Assembly: GCA_964535655.1 (NCBI GenBank)
Contig: CAZHTP010000003.1
Span: forward strand, 65,186-129,185
Length of the DNA stretch: 64,000 nucleotides
Reading direction: 5' to 3'
Source: an uncultured Gammaproteobacteria bacterium
GTDB taxonomy: Bacteria > Patescibacteriota > Microgenomatia > JALYQM01
Below the pieces are notes generated by a model. The model had not been told where the DNA came from. It did no database searches and worked only from the letters and a program-made list of their open reading frames with translations. A program made the translations under genes and the position numbers. This document shows, one piece after another, positions 17,395 to 27,959 of the stretch; within the stretch, counting starts at the first letter, position 1; each line of letters opens with the position of its first letter.

Positions 17395-20300
17395 TTATTC
17401 TGTCATCATCATTTCGGTTGCGCGTTCGGGACTTGTTGGAATCAAACGTCCAATGATAACATTTTCTTTTAATCCCACTAAGTGGTCAACTTTACCAAGC
17501 ACTGCGGCTTCAGTGAGAACATTCTTTGTCTCCTGGAATGACGCAGCTGATAAGAATGAATCAGTATAGAGTGATGCTTTGGTAATACCAAGCATCACGA
17601 TCTGTGCTGATGCTGGCTCACCACCTTCGGCAATAACCTTAGAGTTCTCTGCTTCAAAGCGCGCTCTTTCAACGAGTTCGCCTGGAAGTAAGGTTGTATC
17701 GCCCTGTGCTTCAACTTTAACTTTGTCACACATTTTTCTGACAATTACTTCAAAGTGCTTGTCATGAATTGGAATACCCTGTGACTCGTACACATCCTGT
17801 GCTTGAGCAATGAGGTATTTCTGAGCTGATTGCAGCCCTTGTACCTGAAGAATCTGTTTAATATCCAAGTGACCAGACATAAGCGCTGTTCCGACTCCTA
17901 CCATCTGACCGTCTTCAACTTTAAGATCGGCGGTTAATGGCAATACATATTCGCGTTCTTCAACTGGCTTGGCGCTTTCATCTTTAACGCGGATAACGAT
18001 ATTATCTGCAGTTTCAAAGATTTCAACTTTACCAGCGATTTCAGCAATTGGCACAGGATTCTTTGGTGTACGTGCTTCAACAAGTTCTTCCACACGAGGA
18101 AGACCTTGTGTGATATCCAGACCAATAACGCCTCCGGTATGGAATGTACGCATCGTGAGCTGTGTTCCTGGTTCTCCAATTGACTGTGCTGCAATAACAC
18201 CAACTGGTGTACCGAGGGTAACAATCTTTTTACTGGACATATCCCATCCATAACATGCCTGACACATACCAAACTTGGTCTGACAGGTGAGTGGTGAGCG
18301 AACCATAACTTTATCGACACCTGCTTCATCAATTACATCAGCCATTCTTTCGTCAACCAAGGTATTTGCTTCAACAATTACTTTTTTGGTTTTTGGATCG
18401 ATAATGTCTTCGGCCATTAAGCGGCTTATCAGACGATCTTTGAAGTGACGGCCAAATTCCTGACGTGTGATTGAAAAGCCAACTGTGGCATGACAATCGA
18501 GTTCACGAATAATTACGTCATGAGCAACGTCAACTAAACGACGTGTTAAGTAACCTGATGCAGATGTACGCAACGCGCGGTCAGCGAACCCTTTTCGGGA
18601 TCCACGAGACGAGGTGAAGTACTCAAACACCATCAAGCCCTGGCGGAAGTTGGACTTGGTTGGAAGTTCAACGATACGTCCACTTGGGTCAGCGACAAGT
18701 CCGCGCATACCCTGAAGCTGTTTCACCTGGTCTTTAGAACCACGAGCTCCCGCTTCTACAACCATCTTTAATGGGTTAAGGAATTCCATGAAATCCCATG
18801 TCATTTTCTGAACTTTTTCGGTTGTTTCGATCCAGATATCGTTGGAGATTGCACGCATTTCGTCGCGGGTGATCAAACCGTTCTTGTAGGATGAGTCGAT
18901 TTCAGCTACACGTCCGTCGGCTTCTTCAATAACACGGTCACGATCCGGATGGATTACGCAGTCGACAATACCGATTGAGATACCCGCCTTATCTGCATAT
19001 TTAAATCCGAGTGACTTAAGATCATCGATAAACTTACGTACGGTTTCGTTATCACAAGTTTCGTATGCGGTTGTAACGAGCGTACGAATCAATTTACCTT
19101 CAACTAATTTGTTAACAAATCCCATATTTGCAGGCATTACTTCGTTGAAAAGGATACGGCCGACGGTGGTCTGCATCATTTTGCCTTGGTGACGAACATT
19201 AATCATGGTATGCAAGTCAAGTTTACCTGCCTGGTTGGCATAAATTGCTTCTTCAAAGTCGGCAAATACTGCGTCGTCTTTTGGTTGTTCTTCCATGGTG
19301 TATGTCATAAAATACGCACCAAGTGACATTTCGCGGTTAGGAAGGGTTACTGGAGTACCGTTTGAAGGTAACAGTAAGTTCTTTGAAGCAAGCATTAATT
19401 CAATGGCTTCGTCACGAGCCTTTTGGGAAAGTGGAATGTGGACCGCCATCTGGTCACCGTCAAAGTCGGCGTTATACCCAGTACAGACACAGGGGTGAAT
19501 CTTGATGGCGTTTCCTTCAACTAATATTGGGAAAAATGCCTGAATACCTAATTTGTGAAGAGTGGGCGCGCGGTTAAGCAGTACTGGATGATTCTTGGTT
19601 ATTTCTTCAAGAATGTCCCATACTTCACCTGATCGGCGTTCAAGTACATGTTTTGCTGACTTTACATTGGGCGCAAAGCCGCGAACAATGAGTTCGTGTA
19701 ATACGAATGGCTTAAACATCTCAAGAGCCATTTCTTTTGGAAGCCCCATCTGGTTAAGCTTAAGCTCTGGGCCGACAACGATAACTGATCGTCCTGAATA
19801 GTCTACGCGCTTTCCAAGTAAGTTCTGACGGAATCGTCCTTGCTTACCTTGTAACATGTCGGTTAAAGACTTTGTTTCAGCTTGTGCTGATAATCGCGAA
19901 GTAGTTTTTCTTGAGGAATCAATAAGGGCATCAACTGCTTCCTGCAACATGCGCTTTTCGTTTCTTAGAATGATTGACGGCGCACCAAGATCAATAAGTC
20001 GCTTTAAGCGATTGTTGCGGTTAATCACACGTCGATATAAATCGTTTAAGTCAGATGTGGCAAAGCGTCCACCTGAAAGCTGCACCATTGGGCGAAGCTC
20101 TGGTGGAATGACTGGAAGTACCTGCAAAATCATCCACTGTGGATCGATCTTTGCCGCCCGCATGCCTTCAACAATTCGTAGACGTTTACCTGCTTTAATG
20201 TGGCGCTGTCCAGTTGTTTTATTGGATTCTTCACGAAGCTCTGCAGATAATTTACCGAGGTCGATTTGACCAAGGATATCAAGAACGGCTTCGGCACCCA

Positions 20301-21090
20301 TGCCAACGTCGAGGAATTCTGAAGCATCATATTCCATGAGTTTGTAATACTCGTCCTCAGAAAGGAGTGTATGTGGCTTAATAGTGTTAACCATTTCGTT
20401 AACGGTTTTATACACTTCTTCAAGCCTTCCCTCTTCTTTTTCGAGTTCGGTGCGAAGTTGCTGTACTTTTTGGCGAGTTTTTAATTCTAACTCGGTCTTA
20501 GATAATTCTTTTGCTTCTTTTTTGAGTTCATCACTCTTTAGCGCGCCAAGGCGTTCTTTTAATTCTTCTTCAAGTTTGGCGATCTGCTCTTCGGTTTTAT
20601 CGCGAAGCTCGCTGCGGCGACCTTCCAGCTTACCGGAAAGTTGCTCAACTACTTCGGCTTTTTTCTCTTCATTCACTGAGATGATGATGTAGGATGAGAA
20701 ATAAATTACGGCATCCATGCTACGTGGCGAGAGATCGAGTAAGAGCGCAAGTACTGATGGTGTACCTCGCATAAACCATGCATGAGCTACTGGTGCTGCG
20801 AGCCCAATGTGTGCCATTCGTTCACGACGAACTTTGGACTGAGTTACTTCAACTCCACATTTATCGCAGATAATACCCTTGTAACGGATTCTCTTATATT
20901 TACCACAATAACATTCCCAGTCTTTAGTTGGACCAAAGATTTTTTCGCAGAACAATCCATTTTTTTCAGGACGTAGCGTTCGGTAGTTAATAGTTTCAGG
21001 TTTGGTTACCTCTCCGTGCGACCAGTTTTTGATAGTGGTCGGAGAAGCAACTGATAGCTGTATTGCATCGAAATCTAAAATGTCGGCCAT
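17395..21090 (-). CDS. rpoC: DNA-directed RNA polymerase subunit beta'
   Basis: 1231 aa. Contains the NADFDGDQM catalytic motif, the N-terminal zinc-binding CYCGKYKRIRYKGIICDKCGVEV and typical beta' domains throughout. Confidence 0.97.
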   Translation of the reverse strand: MADILDFDAIQLSVASPTTIKNWSHGEVTKPETINYRTLRPEKNGLFCEKIFGPTKDWECYCGKYKRIRYKGIICDKCGVEVTQSKVRRERMAHIGLAAPVAHAWFMRGTPSVLALLLDLSPRSMDAVIYFSSYIIISVNEEKKAEVVEQLSGKLEGRRSELRDKTEEQIAKLEEELKERLGALKSDELKKEAKELSKTELELKTRQKVQQLRTELEKEEGRLEEVYKTVNEMVNTIKPHTLLSEDEYYKLMEYDASEFLDVGMGAEAVLDILGQIDLGKLSAELREESNKTTGQRHIKAGKRLRIVEGMRAAKIDPQWMILQVLPVIPPELRPMVQLSGGRFATSDLNDLYRRVINRNNRLKRLIDLGAPSIILRNEKRMLQEAVDALIDSSRKTTSRLSAQAETKSLTDMLQGKQGRFRQNLLGKRVDYSGRSVIVVGPELKLNQMGLPKEMALEMFKPFVLHELIVRGFAPNVKSAKHVLERRSGEVWDILEEITKNHPVLLNRAPTLHKLGIQAFFPILVEGNAIKIHPCVCTGYNADFDGDQMAVHIPLSQKARDEAIELMLASKNLLLPSNGTPVTLPNREMSLGAYFMTYTMEEQPKDDAVFADFEEAIYANQAGKLDLHTMINVRHQGKMMQTTVGRILFNEVMPANMGFVNKLVEGKLIRTLVTTAYETCDNETVRKFIDDLKSLGFKYADKAGISIGIVDCVIHPDRDRVIEEADGRVAEIDSSYKNGLITRDEMRAISNDIWIETTEKVQKMTWDFMEFLNPLKMVVEAGARGSKDQVKQLQGMRGLVADPSGRIVELPTKSNFRQGLMVFEYFTSSRGSRKGFADRALRTSASGYLTRRLVDVAHDVIIRELDCHATVGFSITRQEFGRHFKDRLISRLMAEDIIDPKTKKVIVEANTLVDERMADVIDEAGVDKVMVRSPLTCQTKFGMCQACYGWDMSSKKIVTLGTPVGVIAAQSIGEPGTQLTMRTFHTGGVIGLDITQGLPRVEELVEARTPKNPVPIAEIAGKVEIFETADNIVIRVKDESAKPVEEREYVLPLTADLKVEDGQMVGVGTALMSGHLDIKQILQVQGLQSAQKYLIAQAQDVYESQGIPIHDKHFEVIVRKMCDKVKVEAQGDTTLLPGELVERARFEAENSKVIAEGGEPASAQIVMLGITKASLYTDSFLSAASFQETKNVLTEAAVLGKVDHLVGLKENVIIGRLIPTSPERATEMMMTE

Positions 21091-21127
21091 GATTTTTTTT
21101 GCTCCTTATTATCTTTTTAAATAATAA

Positions 21128-24100
21128 TTACGCTTCCTCCTCTTGTGTATCTTCATCTTCCGAATAATCGCCTTTGCCTGTTGCAAGGCCTGCTTCCTCA
21201 GCTTCTTCAACTTTAACGCCTGGTATATCCCCTGTAGAATCATTGTCTTGTGCGACGATTGATTCCGCATCGAGAACCTGCATTAATTCTGCTGCCTGTT
21301 GCTGTGCTTTTTCATCGGTATCTATTTCTGACTTTGCTATTTCTTCTGCGTCTTTCTTGTCTTTCTTGTTTGATCCGAGCATTAATACTTGGATTGAAAG
21401 TGACTGTAATTCTTTAACCAAAACCTTGAATGATTCTGGAATGAGTGCTTCTGGAATTGCAGTTCCTTTAACAATTGCTTCAAATGTCTTAACTCGACCA
21501 ACGACATCGTCTGACTTTACCGTTAACATTTCTTGTAAGATATGGGCGGCGCCGTATGCTTCAAGTGCCCAAACCTCCATTTCTCCAAGACGCTGTCCAC
21601 CCATTTGTGCTTTACCCCCAAGAGGTTGCTGTGTAACGAGTGAGTATGGACCAGTTGAGCGAGCGTGAGTTTTGTCTTCAACCATATGGATGAGCTTCAA
21701 GATATGCGAAACTCCAACTACAGTTTCCTGTTCGAACTGTTCACCAGTTCGGCCGTCGTATAGTTTAATTTTACCGGATGTTGGGTAGTTAGCTTTAGCG
21801 AGTTCTTGTGTAATAAAATCTTCGCCGATTTCTTCAAAGGCTGGGATACCAATTTTGTATCCAAGTTTTTCGGCGGCAAGACCAAGTTGAGCTTCAAGTA
21901 ATTGTCCCAAGTTCATACGGGATAACACTGAAAGTGACGAGATAATGATGTCTACTGGTCGTCCGTCTGGTAAGTATGGCATGTCGGCTTGTGGTACGAT
22001 TTTTGAAATAATACCTTTGTTTCCATGACGTCCTGCCAATTTGTCTCCAACGGTAATTTTACGCATCTGAACAACTTTTACCTTTACTAATTGGTTAGTG
22101 CCTGGCTCAAGATCGTCGCCTTTATTTTTATCCAGCACTTTTACTTCTACCACTACACCACGGTCGCCATGTGGCATGCGCAGTGAGGTATCGCGCACTT
22201 CGCGAGCTTTTTCTCCAAAGATAGCGCGTAACAGTCTCTCTTCAGCGGTTAATTCTGATTCACCCTTTGGTGCAATTTTACCAACTAAGATATCGCCTGG
22301 ACCAACTTCTGATCCAACAATGACGATTCCGCGCTCATCAAGATGCATGAGGTCTTCTTCGGAAACGTTTGGAATATCTGCAGTCATTTCTTCTGAACCG
22401 AGTTTAGTATCAACAATTGCGGCTTCGTATTCTTCAATGTTGATTGAAGTTAAGACGTCCTCTTTAACGAGACGATCAGAGATAACCAGTGCATCTTCGT
22501 AACCAAGTCCTTCGTACGCCATGTAGGCAATAAGAAGATTGGATCCGAGAGCAAGTTCACCTTTATCTGAGGAAGGACCATCAATCAAAAGATCACCTTT
22601 TTTCACTTTTTGACCCGTGATAACTGTGACGTTCTGTGAGTAACAGGTAGACTGAGCAGTGCGAACAAATTTTTGTAATTCGTAGGTCTTCGCTTCTTTT
22701 TGGCCTTCATATTTGACCATAACCTTACTACCATCTGCGTAGGAAACTACTCCATCGGCTTCTGCGTATACAACGCGCCCCATTGATCCGGCGACTGTCT
22801 TTTCCATGCCAGTTCCAACCCATGGGCTTTGTGGATGAATAAGCGGAACAGCCTGACATTGCATGTGCGTTCCCATAAGCGCGCGGTTGGCTTCGTCATG
22901 TGATACGAACGGAATAAGGGATGCGGATGTTCCCACAACCTGGCGAGCAACCATATCGATATATTGAACGACACTTGATTCAGTTACGTAGAAACGTCCT
23001 TTATAGCGAACAGGAACGCGTTCATCAAGAATATAGCCATTATCATCAATCTTGATTTCAGCATGAGTAATGAATTGTTTTTCTTCATCGTCGGCTGAGA
23101 GATAGGCTACTTCTTCCATAACCTTCATTCTGCCGTCAGCTTCTTTTACCACTTTGCGGTAGGGAGCTTCGAGGAAGCCAAATTCGTTTACGCGAGTATA
23201 GAGTGCCAAGTAGGTAACTAATCCGATGTTTGGACCTTCAGGTGAACGAATTGGACACACGCGTCCATACTGGGAAGTGTTAATGTCACGGATTGAGAAG
23301 GATGCGCGTTCACGCGTGATACCACCCGAACCCATAACGGTTAAACGGCGGAGGTTATCTATTTCAGATAAGGGGTTAGTTTGGTCAAGAATTGCTGAAA
23401 GCTGTGAACTACGGAAGAATTCGTTAATTGCCGCAATGATAGGGCGGGCGTTAACAAGCGATACTGGTGTGATTGGCTGATCGGTTGCGGTTAAGCTCAT
23501 TCTTTCGCGGATCATTCTTTCCAAGCGAAGCATCCCAACGCGGAAGGCATTTTGCTGTACGAGTTCACCTACGCGGCGAACACGGCGATTAGCGAGGTGA
23601 TCGATATCGTCGATTTCACCTTCACCTCGAGTTAATCCGATAAGGTATTTAAGAGCGGCGATAATGTCAGTTAAAGTTAATGTCTGTTGTTCGCGAGGGA
23701 CATTCACTCCCAACTTCTTGTTTACTTTATACCGTCCTACTTTTCCGAGTGTATATCGGCGTGGGCTAAAGAACATCGCATCCATTAATGCATTCGCGTT
23801 GTCGATCACTACTGGATCGCCCGGGCGCATTTTTTTGTAGATTTCGAGTACTGACTCGTCTTTAGTTTTAGTTGCATCTTTATCGATTGTTGAGGCAAAA
23901 AACGTATGCTCCGGATCGGTATCTATGTCTTTAAACGCATCCATTATTTGTTCATCAGTGGTTAAGCCGTACACTCGAAGCAGAGTTGATGCCGGGAATT
24001 TACGCCTTCTATCAATTTTTACGGTTATAATATCGTTTTTACCGATTGTAAATTCGAGCCAGGAACCGCGCATTGGGCGGATCTCTGCTGTATATGTCGG

Positions 24101-24574
24101 TCGTGGAGCTCCCGGTTCCATTTCACTGGAGAAGAAGATGCCTGGTGAACGAACGAGCTGATTAACAACGCAGCGTTCAATTCCATTTACTATAAATGTT
24201 CCCCGATCGGTCATAAGTGGCATATCGCCTAAAAACACTTCCTGTTCGGTGCGTTCGCCGGTTTGCTTATTAATGAGAACTGCTTCAACGCGCATTGGCG
24301 CTTCATAAGAAACACCTTTAAGCATTGATTCATTCGGAGAGTACGTGGGTTTTCCTAAAGAATGCTTACCAAATGAAAGCGCCCAGTTATTACCGGTAAA
24401 GTCTTCAATTGGGCTTAATTCTTCAAGAATTTCCTGTACGCCATGCTCAAGAAACTCAATATATGATTCTTTCTGAACCATATTTAGGTCAAGTTCCGGA
24501 ACTGAAGTATTGGTCTTTCTCCAAAATGTTCTATTAATAGGGGTGTGTTCGAGGGCTTTCAGCTGCTGCGCCAT
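21128..24574 (-). CDS. rpoB: DNA-directed RNA polymerase subunit beta
   Basis: 1148 aa with conserved beta-subunit blocks, including the rifampicin-cluster region GSSQLSQFMDQTNPLSE-like, GRHGNKGV and the C-terminal acidic tail. It lies 37 nt upstream of rpoC. Confidence 0.97.
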   Translation of the reverse strand: MAQQLKALEHTPINRTFWRKTNTSVPELDLNMVQKESYIEFLEHGVQEILEELSPIEDFTGNNWALSFGKHSLGKPTYSPNESMLKGVSYEAPMRVEAVLINKQTGERTEQEVFLGDMPLMTDRGTFIVNGIERCVVNQLVRSPGIFFSSEMEPGAPRPTYTAEIRPMRGSWLEFTIGKNDIITVKIDRRRKFPASTLLRVYGLTTDEQIMDAFKDIDTDPEHTFFASTIDKDATKTKDESVLEIYKKMRPGDPVVIDNANALMDAMFFSPRRYTLGKVGRYKVNKKLGVNVPREQQTLTLTDIIAALKYLIGLTRGEGEIDDIDHLANRRVRRVGELVQQNAFRVGMLRLERMIRERMSLTATDQPITPVSLVNARPIIAAINEFFRSSQLSAILDQTNPLSEIDNLRRLTVMGSGGITRERASFSIRDINTSQYGRVCPIRSPEGPNIGLVTYLALYTRVNEFGFLEAPYRKVVKEADGRMKVMEEVAYLSADDEEKQFITHAEIKIDDNGYILDERVPVRYKGRFYVTESSVVQYIDMVARQVVGTSASLIPFVSHDEANRALMGTHMQCQAVPLIHPQSPWVGTGMEKTVAGSMGRVVYAEADGVVSYADGSKVMVKYEGQKEAKTYELQKFVRTAQSTCYSQNVTVITGQKVKKGDLLIDGPSSDKGELALGSNLLIAYMAYEGLGYEDALVISDRLVKEDVLTSINIEEYEAAIVDTKLGSEEMTADIPNVSEEDLMHLDERGIVIVGSEVGPGDILVGKIAPKGESELTAEERLLRAIFGEKAREVRDTSLRMPHGDRGVVVEVKVLDKNKGDDLEPGTNQLVKVKVVQMRKITVGDKLAGRHGNKGIISKIVPQADMPYLPDGRPVDIIISSLSVLSRMNLGQLLEAQLGLAAEKLGYKIGIPAFEEIGEDFITQELAKANYPTSGKIKLYDGRTGEQFEQETVVGVSHILKLIHMVEDKTHARSTGPYSLVTQQPLGGKAQMGGQRLGEMEVWALEAYGAAHILQEMLTVKSDDVVGRVKTFEAIVKGTAIPEALIPESFKVLVKELQSLSIQVLMLGSNKKDKKDAEEIAKSEIDTDEKAQQQAAELMQVLDAESIVAQDNDSTGDIPGVKVEEAEEAGLATGKGDYSEDEDTQEEEA

Positions 24575-24746
24575 GACGTCTCCTTTGTTACACGAAAAAA
24601 TCCACGACGTTTCTTTCGTGTACTTTACTACTATTATTTACCTATTGTAATTGAGCTTATAATCTGCAAAACTTGTCTACAAAAACTGGGCTTAGAATTT
24701 GTATCTTTCGTTATATTACAATTTGCTATATCTACTTTTACGTACG

Positions 24747-24805
24747 AAAAAAAGACACTCGCCTCTTTACCTTACAGATAACAGGGTATGTGGACGTGTC
24801 TTTTT
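24747..24805 (-). terminator. long-loop hairpin with flanking T/A runs between the NTPase gene and rpoB
   Basis: aaaaaaaGACAC...(38 nt)...GTGTCttttt. Read on the minus strand, a 7-T run follows the stem. Confidence 0.35.
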
Positions 24806-24860
24806 GAACGGTACTGTTACTAATATCATGGCTGAGGCACGGGTGTCAAGGGGCGCTTTG

Positions 24861-26111
24861 TTAGCTTCGGATTGTAGACAACCTGGCTAGATTAGCTTTA
24901 AATAGATCGGAAAGTTCGATATCTTGACTTAGCCTAATATATTCTATTTGCAGATTAAGTATAGCTTTAGCTACAGTCGTTAATCTGTCAAATTCATCAG
25001 GATAGTTGAGTTTTAAGGCTGCTGAGTATAGTGCTGCTACGGCAGGATGAATTTGAAACACTCCAGCTGTTTTGTAGGAATCTACGTGACCAAGATAACT
25101 CGCTCCTTCGCGTAATTTGCTTAACATATATTCCGCTAGGGAGACGGAGCTCCTATATTTGCCGTTACTCGCTCTGTTCCAAACCTCATGGAATAGGTTA
25201 GTATGAAAAGGACCAATAATACTTAACAAATTAACTACGTTTTGAAGGTCTCTGTCTGTTCTTGTGCAAGTGTGTAATTCGCTGTATGCGTTAGCTGCAA
25301 GTTGTGTATACTCAGGTAACTTGGTTTGTAGATAAGATAACTCTGTTCCTGGTGTTGTTACTTTTTCTAACAGCATCGTTATTAGGAGCGGAATGCCTCC
25401 AGTTGCCTGATAGCAGAATTGAGCCAATTTATTATCTACACCAAAGTACTGAGCGATTTCCTGTGGTAGAAGTGAAGATAAGGACAGCCTTTGCTTTTCG
25501 GTGGATCTATTGCCAGATATTGGTCGAAGATAAGGACCGATAATGCCTTCATTAGTTGAGTGCAGAGTTATTACTTTTTCTCCTCTCCTAAGCGGCTCAA
25601 AGAAATCCACTTGAGTCACAACATTATTAGTCCGAGCAGCGCCACTATCCGCATCGTCAAAGATAACAATTACCGGACGTTTTATTGATGTCTCGGCAAG
25701 ATGATCTGCTACTTCGTTTAGTAAACTTCTATAGCTCGCGCTGTTGTTTACAACTAGACTCCTCTTTTCTAGTGCTCTTTGTAGACCACTGACGCCTTGA
25801 TTAGTTGCCTGGAGTGCTATTGACAAAGCCATTTCTCCCATATTTTCATCGTACTCTCTGCCGTTGTAATACCCATACTCTGCTCCTTGAACTACAATTC
25901 GCACTAATTCCGGATCGCCTTGTCCTATACGACCTAAGTTATAAGTTTTACCAATTCCTACTGGACCTCTGAGATGAAACGCTTGGGGACTTGATCTTTC
26001 CTCTGATTTCATCTTTTGAACAATTTTACTCAATTTATCGACAAGGGCCGTCGGTTGTATTTCAGACATATTCATCCGCGTATTATAGTCCTCAGCTTTG
26101 CGATTTTGCAA
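24861..26111 (-). CDS. NB-ARC/STAND-like P-loop NTPase (NBD, helical and winged-helix domains only)
   Basis: Walker A LRGPVGIGKTYNL, Walker B VIVIFDDAD, RNBS-B-like GEKVITLHST and GLPL-like QATGGIPLLITMLL. At 416 aa it has no repeat or sensor domain. Confidence 0.5.
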   Translation of the reverse strand: MQNRKAEDYNTRMNMSEIQPTALVDKLSKIVQKMKSEERSSPQAFHLRGPVGIGKTYNLGRIGQGDPELVRIVVQGAEYGYYNGREYDENMGEMALSIALQATNQGVSGLQRALEKRSLVVNNSASYRSLLNEVADHLAETSIKRPVIVIFDDADSGAARTNNVVTQVDFFEPLRRGEKVITLHSTNEGIIGPYLRPISGNRSTEKQRLSLSSLLPQEIAQYFGVDNKLAQFCYQATGGIPLLITMLLEKVTTPGTELSYLQTKLPEYTQLAANAYSELHTCTRTDRDLQNVVNLLSIIGPFHTNLFHEVWNRASNGKYRSSVSLAEYMLSKLREGASYLGHVDSYKTAGVFQIHPAVAALYSAALKLNYPDEFDRLTTVAKAILNLQIEYIRLSQDIELSDLFKANLARLSTIRS

Positions 26112-26224
26112 GCTTGCTGACAGTTAAGCAAGGCAATAGAATGAACTCTGCCATTGGCTATCAGTGAGATTGCTCTCGGGTAGAGGACTCGTATCTTGCG
26201 TTTATAAGACACCTTAGGTATACT

Positions 26225-27166
26225 TTGCTCTTCCTTATGATTTTACCTGAAATGAGACAACAACCTGAATACCACCGGTTTGATCCACGAAGGTGGTTAC
26301 CCAGTCCACGGACTCGTATTGATCGACTTATCGGCGAAGATATGCGTCCCAAACCTGAACGACTTACGCTTATTTTCATTAATGGCAGAGGCTCGAGCGG
26401 GAAAGATACTCAGGCGGATCTTCTTGCTCAGAATGTGTACCCAGGTGCGATACGGATATCTACGGGAGATATTGTACGCGGTGCACAAGAACCCACTAGT
26501 GAGTTTTTTAAATATAATGACAAACTAAAAGAATTTTTTGCAGCCTCAAATGCCGGTGCATTTGTTCCTGATCGGGAAATGCTTGAGGTTGTTCAAGACG
26601 TAATTGAAGATATTATTGAAAATAAGTTACAGCAGGAGAATGTTGTGAATGGTCGGGCAGTGTTTATTTTTACCGGCTTTCCTCGCACAATAGGCCAAGA
26701 TGAAGCTATTAACAGCGTGTTATCTGAAGGTTTGCGTGAGCATTTTCCCGTTGATCATTTGCATATACTTTACGATGTTCCGCCAGAAGTATCACAGAAG
26801 CGAGCACGAATTCGAAGAGAAACACCGGGAATTGCACAACGACGAGATGATCAGATTGAGGTTGTTGAAAGGCGACTTAATGAATATATGGATCAGACTC
26901 TTCCTACCATGTATAACCGAATTTATGGAGGAGATCATCTCATTGTGGTACCGGCTGCAGGTACAATCGAGGAGATTCATGCCATTACTGTGGCACGATT
27001 ACAGGAACATAATAAAAAACGTCGCGGGATTGGAGCCTTTATTGCCGAGCATACTACGGTACGACGTTTACGCGAGAATGATATACGAAATACCTACCGA
27101 AATTTAGTAAATCCTTTCAGAAAGCTTGCCGACAAGAGGCCGCTTGACCATTCGCCGACCAATTAA
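26225..27166 (+). CDS. adenylate kinase-fold NMP kinase with N- and C-terminal extensions
   Basis: IFINGRGSSGKDTQADLLAQ is the Adk P-loop, STGDIVRGA the NMP-binding region, FIFTGFPRTIGQ and RRDDQIEVVERRLNEY the LID/CORE motifs. The likely start is ATG 26237, because the listed 26225 is TTG. The extensions are about 40 aa (N) and about 60 aa (C). Confidence 0.6.
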   Translation: MLFLMILPEMRQQPEYHRFDPRRWLPSPRTRIDRLIGEDMRPKPERLTLIFINGRGSSGKDTQADLLAQNVYPGAIRISTGDIVRGAQEPTSEFFKYNDKLKEFFAASNAGAFVPDREMLEVVQDVIEDIIENKLQQENVVNGRAVFIFTGFPRTIGQDEAINSVLSEGLREHFPVDHLHILYDVPPEVSQKRARIRRETPGIAQRRDDQIEVVERRLNEYMDQTLPTMYNRIYGGDHLIVVPAAGTIEEIHAITVARLQEHNKKRRGIGAFIAEHTTVRRLRENDIRNTYRNLVNPFRKLADKRPLDHSPTN

Positions 27167-27317
27167 CGCTGATATTCTTGCTGTAATAAAATGTAACCCT
27201 TATTGGATAATCCGCCATCATAACCATCAGAATACCCCTGAGGGATAATGGCGTAGGACACCAGACTCTCCATCCCTGCTGCTCCACAATACGGGTTAAC
27301 CATTTTTTATAATGATA

Positions 27318-27911
27318 TTACTTTTTTATGCTTATAACTGCAATAAATAATCCAGCCTCTCCGCCTTGCATGCGGTCACGATAGGAGAAAAACTCATTAC
27401 AATGATCTTTAGTACAGTAAGTACTCTCATCAATATTTTCTTTTATAATCCCAATTTCTTGCAGTTGAACACTGTTGGCCTGACATAAATTGAGAAAAGA
27501 ATCACTATCTCGTCGTACTATTAATTCTGGATTATTAGGGAAAGCTTGGGTTACTTGCTCAATAACATCTTCTTTAATAGCGTAATAACATGGGCCAATT
27601 GCAGGTCCGAATCCTACTACTAAATCTTTTGGGTTTGAGTTGAACGCTTCAGTCATTTTTTGCGCGGTTTTTACTGCGATTCTATTCACTGTTCCCTTCC
27701 AGCCGGCATGCGCAATGCCGATCGCTTTATTGTTGGGGTCATAGAAGAATACGGATACACAATCGGCGGTACGAATGCCAATCGGTAGTTCGAGCACATT
27801 AGTGATAAGAGCATCGGTATGGGGGATTAAGGTATCTTCGGAATTCCATCCTGATCCTTTGTCTATTTCATTAACCACATGGATGTGGTTAGTATGGAGT
27901 TGTTCTCCCAT
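27318..27911 (-). CDS. pgeF: YfiH/PgeF family (DUF152/Cu-oxidase_4) protein, N-terminally short
   Basis: TADCVSVFFYD and IAHAGWKGT match the ADCVP and HAGWRG signatures. A stop lies 6 codons upstream of Met1, so about 40-50 N-terminal residues typical of the family are absent. Confidence 0.7.
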   Translation of the reverse strand: MGEQLHTNHIHVVNEIDKGSGWNSEDTLIPHTDALITNVLELPIGIRTADCVSVFFYDPNNKAIGIAHAGWKGTVNRIAVKTAQKMTEAFNSNPKDLVVGFGPAIGPCYYAIKEDVIEQVTQAFPNNPELIVRRDSDSFLNLCQANSVQLQEIGIIKENIDESTYCTKDHCNEFFSYRDRMQGGEAGLFIAVISIKK

Positions 27912-27959
27912 AGTAAGGTGCTCTGGTTCTAAACGGTAGCGAATCCTCGCGAATTAAAT

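Noticed and set aside
17579-24161. Many 60-160 aa ORFs on the plus strand inside rpoC and rpoB, such as 19856-20269, 21174-21668 and 22098-22502
   Set aside because: They lie antisense to highly conserved RNAP coding sequence. Their Ser/Arg/Cys-rich composition is the usual mirror image of a coding strand. No start or SD context supports them.
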